NCBI GenBank assembly: GCA_963843975.1
Contig: CAWJMG010000001.1
Location: 630,001-662,000, forward strand
Origin: an uncultured Actinomycetes bacterium
GTDB lineage: Bacteria; Actinomycetota; Actinomycetes; S36-B12; CAIYMF01
Reading direction: 5' to 3'
DNA: 32,000 nt
The position numbers and the translations under genes were made by a program. Position 1 is the first letter of the stretch; each line of letters opens with the position of its first letter. The notes beneath the pieces were generated by a model. The model ran no database searches and was not told the DNA's origin. It saw only the letters and a program-made list of their open reading frames with translations. This document shows positions 1 through 6,448 of the stretch, piece after piece.

Positions 1-131
1 AACTCCGCTTCCAGCGCTGCCTCCGACTGATAGGCGGAGGCCCCAGCGTCATCCGACTTGAACTCGGCAACAACAGTGCTCTCCGAGCTCAAGGCAATGG
101 GCTCGTAACGGCGAGGAGTCGAGTCGCTCAT
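1..131 (-). CDS. hsdR: Type I restriction enzyme R subunit (HsdR), first 43 codons only; gene continues beyond window start
   Basis: ATG at 131-129 overlaps the hsdS stop (ATGA). My translation is MSDSTPRRYEPIALSSESTVVAEFKSDDAGASAYQSEAALEAE... The YQSEAxLE start resembles HsdR N-termini, and the gene sits directly downstream of hsdM-hsdS. The fragment is too short for motif proof. Confidence 0.5.
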   Translation of the reverse strand, partial: MSDSTPRRYEPIALSSESTVVAEFKSDDAGASAYQSEAALEAE

Positions 132-1381
132 ACGGCCAGATCCTCGAACTTGAGCAGGCGATCTCGATAGAACTCATACTGACGACTGCGCGCGTTCATC
201 TCTGCGGAGATGTCGCTGCTGAGGCCGTTCGTTAGCGATTCGAAGCGGTCGAGTACGGATGCGATTCGCCGCTGCTCGGCAAGCTCTGGGATGGGAACCT
301 GCACCTTGGCCAGCCGAGCCTTGGAAACGTTGAAGCGCGTTACACCGCTGGCCGTTCGGACGATTTGCGATCGCAGCTCTGCCGAGCGGAACAGGTGCTT
401 CGCAAACTCTGGCTCGAGAATGTGTGGATCGTCCAGGCGCAATCCAAAGCAGAAGCTGTTCAGATACAGCGGCTCGTCGACGTCTGAGGTCACCACCGAA
501 GACATGCCTACCTCGTCTGCCGTCTCGGACGAACCGGTAAAGAGGATGTCGCCTTTCCGTAGGGATCGCTGCTTCTCACCTGGCTCAACGTGAACCAGGT
601 CTTCGATGTCACGATCGACGGCCAGGTTGTTGAAGACGTTGACATAGGAGACGTACCGCGCGTTGCCGCCGGTGAAGTCCGCCTTGGACTTTCCCGAGAG
701 TCCGCCGAAGAACTTCCCAAGGTCGGACATAGACATCCGGCGGACACTTTCATCCGGGAACGCCATGAGCGAATCCCGATAGAACTCGTACTGACGGCGC
801 CTTGCGGCCAACTCCGCTTCGAGCTCCTCACGTAGCCCGGCGTGTAGCTCCGTGAAGTGATCCAAGACGTCGACGATCTCCCTCTGCGCTTCCAACGGCG
901 GAAGCGGGATCTTGAACTCCTTGACGGCCCGGTCCGTGATCGCCGGATAGCTAGCGCCTCGCTCGTTTGCTTCGACGTAGGCGTAGAAGTCCGCGGTTCC
1001 GAGCAAGTGAAAGAGGAACCCAGGGACGATCTCTCGCTGCTTTGGTCGAAGTACGCAGTAGCCCGTACTCGCTACCTGCCCGTCGTACTCCGCTTCGACG
1101 AGAACGTAGCGCTTGAGCATCGGCCGCGTCGTGGCGAAGAGGACGTCACCTTCGCGCACCAGTTGTTGGGCCCTACTCGGAGCATCATCGCTCGTGATAC
1201 TCGTCGCGGTACGGATCCGGTGAGTCAGGCGATCGACCGACGTCAAGTCGATGTAGAGGAACTCCCGCCCGGGAACCTCAGCCCATCGGACGGTTGAGCC
1301 ACGCTCCACGACAGAGCCCATGGACACGGATTTGACGCCTTGTGGGCACAGCTCTCTGATCAGCTCATGGATACGACTCAT
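128..1381 (-). CDS. hsdS: Type I restriction-modification specificity subunit HsdS
   Basis: 417-aa ORF with two variable target-recognition halves. Each half is followed by the conserved HsdS helical spacer (..LEAQREIVDVLDHF..RRRQYEFYRDSL and ..LAEQRRIASVLDRF..RSRQYEFYRDRL). The start shares one base with the hsdM stop (TAATG). Confidence 0.9.
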   Translation of the reverse strand: MSRIHELIRELCPQGVKSVSMGSVVERGSTVRWAEVPGREFLYIDLTSVDRLTHRIRTATSITSDDAPSRAQQLVREGDVLFATTRPMLKRYVLVEAEYDGQVASTGYCVLRPKQREIVPGFLFHLLGTADFYAYVEANERGASYPAITDRAVKEFKIPLPPLEAQREIVDVLDHFTELHAGLREELEAELAARRRQYEFYRDSLMAFPDESVRRMSMSDLGKFFGGLSGKSKADFTGGNARYVSYVNVFNNLAVDRDIEDLVHVEPGEKQRSLRKGDILFTGSSETADEVGMSSVVTSDVDEPLYLNSFCFGLRLDDPHILEPEFAKHLFRSAELRSQIVRTASGVTRFNVSKARLAKVQVPIPELAEQRRIASVLDRFESLTNGLSSDISAEMNARSRQYEFYRDRLLKFEDLAV

Positions 1382-2979
1382 TACGCGCTCTCTAGGTCGG
1401 CGACAATGGCGTCGATCCCGGTGCGGAGTTCAGCTTGTCGGTCGACCATTCGGGCGATCTGTTCGTTGAGCGCCGAGATGTCCGTCGCTTCGCGAGTGTC
1501 CTCCGCCTCGACGTAGGACGAAACGGAGATGTTGTAACCGTTGGCCTCGAGGTCACTCGCCGGCACGAGCCGCGCGAAGTGTTCGATGTTCTCGCGCACC
1601 GTGAAGGCACTGAGGATCTTCTGCTGAAACTCTGGCAGGAGCTTGTTCTTGTTGCCGCTGCGAACACTGAGCGCCGACGCATCGATGAAGAGGACAGCGT
1701 TGTCCGTCTTCGACTTCTTCAGGACGATGATGCAGGTGGCAATACCTGTGCCGAAGAACAGGTCGGGCGGAAGCTGGATGACCGCGTCGACGTAGTTGTT
1801 ATCGATGAGGTACTTGCGGATCTTCGCTTCAGCGCCGCCTCTGTACAGAACGCCCGGGAACTCGACGATGGCCGCCGTTCCGTTCACCGCCAACCAGCTG
1901 AGGATGTGCATCGTAAAGGCGAGATCGGCCTTGGACTTCGGCGCAAGCACGCCAGCCGCAGCGAATCGCGGATCGTTGATCAGCATTGGGTTGGAGTCGC
2001 CATCCCATTTGATCGAGTACGGCGGATTGGAAACGATCGCTTCGAAGGGCTCGTCGTCCCAGTGCTGCGGGTCAATGAGAGTGTCGCCGTGAGCGAGGTT
2101 GAACTTCTCGTACGGCACGTCATGCAAGAACATGTTGATTCTGGCGAGGTTGTAGGTGGTCAGGTTGATCTCCTGCCCAAAGTAGCCTTGCCGAACTTTG
2201 CCGGGACCGAGAACCTTCTGGAACTTCAGCAGGAGTGATCCCGAACCGACGGCCGGGTCGTACACCTTGTTGACTTCTGTCTTACCGACGACGGTGATGC
2301 GCGCGAGAAGTTCGGAAACCTCCTGGGGCGTGTAGTACTCGCCGCCTGACTTGCCTGCCTCCGATGCATACATCTGCATCAAGTACTCATAGGTGTCACC
2401 GAAAGCGTCGATCGTGTGGTCTGCGAAGTCGCCAAGGTTGAGATCGCCGATCGCGTCGAGGAGCTTCACGAGACGCTCGTTACGCTTTGCAACAGTTGGG
2501 CCAAGCTTCTGCGAGTTGACGTCGAGGTCGTCGAACAAGCCCTTGATGTCGTCCTCGCTCTCGGCTCCCACGGCCGAGCCTTCGATGTTGCTAAAGGCTC
2601 GCGCGAGGGTCTCGTTGAGGTTCTCGTCACGCGGGGCTCGCTTGCGAACGTTCACGAACAACTCGGACGGAAGGATGTAGAAGCCTTTCTCCTCGACGGT
2701 TACCTTCCGACCGAACTCAGCGTCGTTGTCGTCGAGCTTCGCGTAGTCGAAGTCTGGCCGCCCGGCTTGGCGCTCCAAGTCGTTCAGGTATGCCGTTAGA
2801 TTCTCGGAAATGAATCGGTAGAAGAGGATGCCGAGCACATAAGACTTGAAGTCCCAGCCGTCAACGCTCCCGCGCAGATCGTTCGCGATTCGCCAGATGG
2901 TCTTGTGCAGCTCTGCGCGCTGGGATTCTTTTGTGATTGGCGGCATATCTGGGTTCCTCTTTGTTGCTCGATTTGTCAT
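1381..2979 (-). CDS. hsdM: Type I R-M N6-adenine DNA methyltransferase subunit HsdM
   Basis: 532-aa ORF. It has an HsdM N-terminal helical domain (WRIANDLRG..WDFKSYVLGILFYRFISE), a SAM motif (VYDPAVGSGSLL) and the catalytic NPPY motif (SNPPYSIKW). An alternative start at 2946 (MPPITKE) has the better SD (AAAGAGGAA, 8 nt, ATG). Confidence 0.92.
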   Translation of the reverse strand: MTNRATKRNPDMPPITKESQRAELHKTIWRIANDLRGSVDGWDFKSYVLGILFYRFISENLTAYLNDLERQAGRPDFDYAKLDDNDAEFGRKVTVEEKGFYILPSELFVNVRKRAPRDENLNETLARAFSNIEGSAVGAESEDDIKGLFDDLDVNSQKLGPTVAKRNERLVKLLDAIGDLNLGDFADHTIDAFGDTYEYLMQMYASEAGKSGGEYYTPQEVSELLARITVVGKTEVNKVYDPAVGSGSLLLKFQKVLGPGKVRQGYFGQEINLTTYNLARINMFLHDVPYEKFNLAHGDTLIDPQHWDDEPFEAIVSNPPYSIKWDGDSNPMLINDPRFAAAGVLAPKSKADLAFTMHILSWLAVNGTAAIVEFPGVLYRGGAEAKIRKYLIDNNYVDAVIQLPPDLFFGTGIATCIIVLKKSKTDNAVLFIDASALSVRSGNKNKLLPEFQQKILSAFTVRENIEHFARLVPASDLEANGYNISVSSYVEAEDTREATDISALNEQIARMVDRQAELRTGIDAIVADLESA

Positions 2980-3070
2980 TTAGACTCAGTTTGAGCGATT
3001 AGTACATATTCATTTAACTCCGACTTGCTCTAAAAGTCGACAATTGAGCAGGGTTCTCGTCGCCGTCTCA

Positions 3071-3084
3071 AGCCTTCGAAGGCT
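3071..3084. promoter_or_regulatory. Perfect 14-bp palindrome AGCCTTCGAAGGCT in the AT-richer divergent intergenic region between hsdM and the toroid/wHTH gene (candidate operator)
   Basis: The sequence equals its own reverse complement. It lies in the 2980-3267 non-coding gap, which contains the lowest-GC stretch of the window. Function is not demonstrated. Confidence 0.3.
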
Positions 3085-3267
3085 ATCGGTCCCCACCCAC
3101 GGTGCCCCGGACCTTGATCACGAACGGTCGGTGTCGGAGAGATGGCAACCGGCGGACTCCCTGGTCGTGGCGCACGCTGCGCTGAGCGTCGTGATCACTA
3201 CACTCCGAGCGTGCCCACCGAGGACGCCTTAGCGCCATACCCGGCAAGGCTGCAGCAGTCAGCGGAG

Positions 3268-4609
3268 ATGCTGCTACGCGTTCAGAATCGAAACTACGGT
3301 TGGGGAGTCAAGGTCGGATCCACCTCCTCCATGGTCAACACGGCCGAGGCGCTGGTAGTTCTGGCAGCCGCGGGATACGCCGGGGACTCCCGTGTCGACG
3401 GGGCTGTCGCATACATCTGCAAGAACGTGGCGATACACACGCAGACAGATGAACACGAAGGTGGCCGGGGCGAGAACACTCGATTTCCCGTATTCGCGCT
3501 AATCGGCCTAACCCAGGTTCCAGACCTCTTCATTCAAAGAGAGTCGTTGGAGGCCACTGCGTGGTGCTTGGAATGGCTGAACAGGAACAGAATCGAGACT
3601 TGGATGGCCCGAGCAAGTCGGCGGCACGAAGCCATCGGCGAGTCAGGCCGGCGGAGTTCTGTACGGGGTGGGTACCGCCTACGCACACCTATCCGCGTAC
3701 CGCAGGGCCATCGGCAAGGCGATCGGCGCGGCCCAGACGGAGAAGCTCACGGCGTCATTGAAGGACGTCGCCAGCCACGCGCTCAACGCCGTCCTCAGCC
3801 TGAGGCTCGACAGTGGCCTCTGGCCGAAGGACGAGTTCGTTGGCAGAGCACCCAGCCCGGCCAAGACCGCCCTCGTCCTCCTTGGGCTCGAACGGGCCCT
3901 TTCCTCCGACTTGCCGTTGCCGCAGACGGGACTCTTCGGCGGCGCTTGGGGCACGCCGACAATCCGTCCCTGGCGCGAGACCATCGCGTCGTCGGCCGAT
4001 CAGCTTGCTGGCATGCATAGCTCTTGGGAGCGGAAGGTCGAAGAGGACGCTGCGGTTGAGACGGCGCACTGGGTGAACCCTGCCTACGCCCTCGGGCTTG
4101 CTGGGTGCGTGAGCGGTGGCGTCCGCCCGTCCGACCGTCGGCTCGCCGCCGCCTGGCGTTACCAACATTCGCTCTGGTCGACGCAACACGCGACCTGGAA
4201 GGAGCCGGGCGGGCAGGTAACAATTCGTGCGGCCTACCACGCCGTGCGTGCCTATGAAGTCGCCCTTCAGCGTCAAGCAGGACAGGCGGTCCTGCCCGAC
4301 CTGCGAGCGGGATCACTCGGCAGCGTAAGTCATGTGACGATCACGGGAAGCTCCGTGCGTTTCCAGTTTGAAGCGAAGACCTACACCGTGTCCCTGTCGC
4401 CGCGGCTGCTGGCCGTGGTGACCCACCTGCACGACGCCACGGATGGTGCCAGCGCCCACGACTTTGCCAGTGCTCTCAACATCGAGCCGGCAAGCGTTCC
4501 TAAGTACATCGGGCGAGTGAACGATCGCGTGCGCGAAGTCACCGACCACCACGTTGGCCGGCTCATCGACGACGCGAAGGACGGCGTCTACCGGTTCGCG
4601 TCTGGGTGA
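3268..4609 (+). pseudogene. Alpha/alpha-toroid (prenyltransferase / squalene-cyclase repeat) protein with C-terminal OmpR/PhoB-type winged-helix domain; frame interrupted by a +1 shift near 3581-3600
   Basis: The frame-1 ORF (3142..4020) looks protein-like only up to ..ATAWCLEWLNRNRIE, then becomes Arg-rich junk. Frame 2 is open from 3581 (..SRLGWPEQVGGTKPS..GVLYGVGTAYAHLSAY..) to the stop at 4609. QxxxGW-type repeats are present (QNRNYGWG, RLGWPEQ, LDSGLWPKD). The C-terminus, LSPRLLAVVTHL..SVPKYIGRVNDRVREV..DGVYRF, fits the trans_reg_C pattern. I chose ATG 3268; GTG/ATG codons further upstream are possible. Confidence 0.6.
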
Positions 4610-5079
4610 TGTCGGAGCGCGTAGTGGGCCAAGGACCGCACCTGCTCGAACGTCTCGATCTCCTCTAGCTCCTTCGCACTGAACCGACGCACCTCATCCA
4701 CCTCGCTGAGCTGAGGTGTCGGCACCTGATCCGGGTGCCTCTGCCGTACGAAGTAGAACTGCACCAGCGCTGGACGCGCGAACCCCTCGACCTCGACGTC
4801 GGCATAGAACGGCACCGGCGTCGGGGTGGCGTTCGAGTCCGGCGGATGGATCACTGGGGCGGCACTCAAGACCTCGACGGCTAGGCCGGTCTCCTCGCCG
4901 AACTCTCTCTCGACGGTTCCCGCGAACGTCTCGTCGGGCTCGAGGTGCCCACCTGGTGGCACCCACAAGCGAAAACGGTTGTGGTAGACGAGAAGTACCG
5001 AGTCGCCAGACACCAGATAGCCGGAGCAGATCAGGTCCAGGCCATGGTCCTCGCCAGCGATCTGGATGCGCGACTTCAT
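4588..5079 (-). CDS. Nudix hydrolase
   Basis: Nudix box GGHLEPDETFAGTVEREFGEETGL (GX5EX7REUXEEXGU). The start at ATG 5079 (MKSRIQ..) follows GGAAGG at 8 nt; ATG 5115 is an alternative. The longer ORF back to 5346 is Arg/Pro-rich and unlikely to be coding. Confidence 0.85.
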   Translation of the reverse strand: MKSRIQIAGEDHGLDLICSGYLVSGDSVLLVYHNRFRLWVPPGGHLEPDETFAGTVEREFGEETGLAVEVLSAAPVIHPPDSNATPTPVPFYADVEVEGFARPALVQFYFVRQRHPDQVPTPQLSEVDEVRRFSAKELEEIETFEQVRSLAHYALRHHPDANR

Positions 5080-5210
5080 GGTCGCAGCCTTCCATAGGGC
5101 CTCGACCGCTGACATGTCATGCCCTCTGTCAGCGAGTTGTCCGCGTGCCGGGGTGGGTGCCGTCGTCGTCCCATTTGAGAGACCGAGAACCCCATCCCGA
5201 GGAGCGAGCG

Positions 5211-5441
5211 ATGACAGCCCACTCAGCCACGGCGTCGATGCCGGATGTCCCGGATGACGATCTCCTGCACATGTACCGAGTGTACGGCGCCGGTACCGAG
5301 CTCGACGGTTTTGCTCGGGCGTTGCTCGAGCGCGTGACCGACTCACGCCTGAACGAGACGGGCGGTGGCTCGGGCGAGGAGCTCGCTACCGCCTACCTGT
5401 GGGGCCTGATCCTCAGCGACCCCGGCACCGTCACCACCTAG
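5211..5441 (+). CDS. Hypothetical small acidic protein (76 aa)
   Basis: ATG 5211 is preceded by GGAG (5201-5204). It is the first gene of a tightly packed plus-strand gene string. I recognise no motif. Confidence 0.55.
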   Translation: MTAHSATASMPDVPDDDLLHMYRVYGAGTELDGFARALLERVTDSRLNETGGGSGEELATAYLWGLILSDPGTVTT

Positions 5442-5452
5442 GGAGGACTGTC

Positions 5453-5785
5453 ATGAGTGAGATCGTCCGGCGGAGTCAGCTCTCCGCCTCCAACCAGATC
5501 GCGAGGGTCGACCGCACCACGGGCAAGGCGCTCGAGGCGATCCGCAACGACGGCCTCCTGCACGAGGCCGACGAGTTCGTGGCGGCCCGCCTCGCGCAGC
5601 TCCGGATCGACGCCGCCAACCAGCTCGCCACGCGCGCCGTGTTCGAGATCAAGGGCTTGCACTCGCTCGTGACCGAGCTGACACGCGACAACCCCGCGCT
5701 CGAGATGGAGCTCCGGAGCTTCGCCGGCATCGTTTCCATCGGGAGCCAGCAGGTCATCGCGAACTACCTGATGAGGCCGCTGTGA
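5453..5785 (+). CDS. Hypothetical helical protein (110 aa)
   Basis: ATG 5453 is preceded by GGGAGGA (5441-5447), 12 nt after the previous stop. The composition looks coding and is predicted all-helical. No motif recognised. Confidence 0.65.
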   Translation: MSEIVRRSQLSASNQIARVDRTTGKALEAIRNDGLLHEADEFVAARLAQLRIDAANQLATRAVFEIKGLHSLVTELTRDNPALEMELRSFAGIVSIGSQQVIANYLMRPL

Positions 5786-6012
5786 GCGACGACTGGTTCT
5801 GGACCGTGGAGGGGTGGCTCCTCAAGCTCCTCATTGCCGACTTGGTCCTGCTCGGCCTGATCACGTGGGTCGAGTGGGCCCTCACCTGGTGGCGCGGGCC
5901 GTCCGAGAAGGCGGACGAGTTCGTCGCCTACATCGACGCCGAGCGTCGTCTCGACGACGTGATCGACGACGGTCGTCGCATCATCATCCAGCGCGCGCAG
6001 GAGAAGCAGTGA
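5782..6012 (+). CDS. Small membrane protein (76 aa, one TM segment)
   Basis: GTG 5782 overlaps the upstream stop (GTGA). The hydrophobic stretch WLLKLLIADLVLLGLITWVEWAL is followed by a charged tail. Confidence 0.55.
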   Translation: MSDDWFWTVEGWLLKLLIADLVLLGLITWVEWALTWWRGPSEKADEFVAYIDAERRLDDVIDDGRRIIIQRAQEKQ

Positions 6013-6167
6013 CGGTTCTGAAGTGGGCACTCGCCGCGGCCGGCGTCCTCGTCGGCACCACGCTGCTCGCCCATCTCATCACCGCCGTGATCGACCCGCT
6101 CCTCCCGCTCCTCTTCGTCCTGATCTTCGTTCTCGGAATCTTCGCCGTGGCCATACGTGGTCGATAA
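6009..6167 (+). CDS. Small hydrophobic protein (52 aa, two predicted TM segments)
   Basis: GTG 6009 overlaps the upstream stop (GTGA). The sequence VTVLKWALAAAGVLVGTTLLAHLITAVIDPLLPLLFVLIFVLGIFAVAIRGR is almost entirely hydrophobic. Confidence 0.45.
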   Translation: MTVLKWALAAAGVLVGTTLLAHLITAVIDPLLPLLFVLIFVLGIFAVAIRGR

Positions 6168-6215
6168 CGCTTGACCTTGACGGCGTTGCATTTCTGGAAC
6201 AAGATCATTTACAGG

Positions 6216-6253
6216 AAGAGGGGCTGGGGCCGAAGTAGGCCCTGGCCCCTCTT
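6216..6253 (+). terminator. GC-rich hairpin after the small-protein genes (terminator-like, or 5'-UTR structure of the next operon)
   Basis: AAGAGGGGCTGGGGCC gaagta GGCCCTGGCCCCTCTT forms 9 bp, a 2-nt mismatch, then 5 bp. It lies 49 nt after the stop at 6167 and is followed by a T-containing tract. Confidence 0.4.
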
Positions 6254-6301
6254 GCTGTCTCGCTTCGTTGCACGAACGGGACAAGTAATGAGGGCACGAC
6301 C

Positions 6302-6448
6302 ATGAGTGGACGCATCCGCATCCGAGAAGTCCGGCGCGACGAGATCGACCTCGAGAAGCTCGCCGCCGCCCTGCTGCGCCTAGCGCGTGAGCAGCTCGCG
6401 GAGCGCCGCGCCGCGGCACCCAAGCCCGCGGAGGCCCGCGATGAGTAA
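6302..6448 (+). CDS. Small ORF (48 aa) translationally coupled to the coupling-ATPase gene
   Basis: Found by hand and not on the ORF track. GAGGG lies 7 nt before ATG 6302. The peptide is MSGRIRIREVRRDEIDLEKLAAALLRLAREQLAERRAAAPKPAEARDE. Its stop TAA (6446-6448) overlaps the next ATG (ATGAGTAA). Confidence 0.4.
   Translation: MSGRIRIREVRRDEIDLEKLAAALLRLAREQLAERRAAAPKPAEARDE

Noticed and set aside
3101-3110. GGTGCCCCGG resembling the tRNA 3' end (TGGTGCCCCCGG at 14161-14172); considered as a remnant att repeat marking the left end of the element
   Set aside because: It matches only about 10 nt with an indel, in GC-rich DNA. The adjacent sequence does not continue the tRNA T-arm. Serine recombinases also do not generate long direct repeats.
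3142-3267. N-terminal extension of the toroid gene back to ATG 3142 (MATGGLPGRGARCAERRDH..)
   Set aside because: The extension is Arg/Gly-rich and not protein-like, while the first toroid repeat begins right after ATG 3268. The true start remains uncertain.
3884-3896. GGGCTCGAAC 10-nt match to the tRNA T-arm region (14175-14184)
   Set aside because: It lies inside the coding sequence (..LLGLERAL..) and the similarity does not extend. It is consistent with chance.
6387-6440. Upstream GTG start for the coupling ATPase (MSSSRSAAPRHPSPRRPA..)
   Set aside because: The extension is Pro/Arg/Ser-rich. It overlaps the better-supported small ORF in another frame. ATG 6441 has a canonical GGAGG SD.
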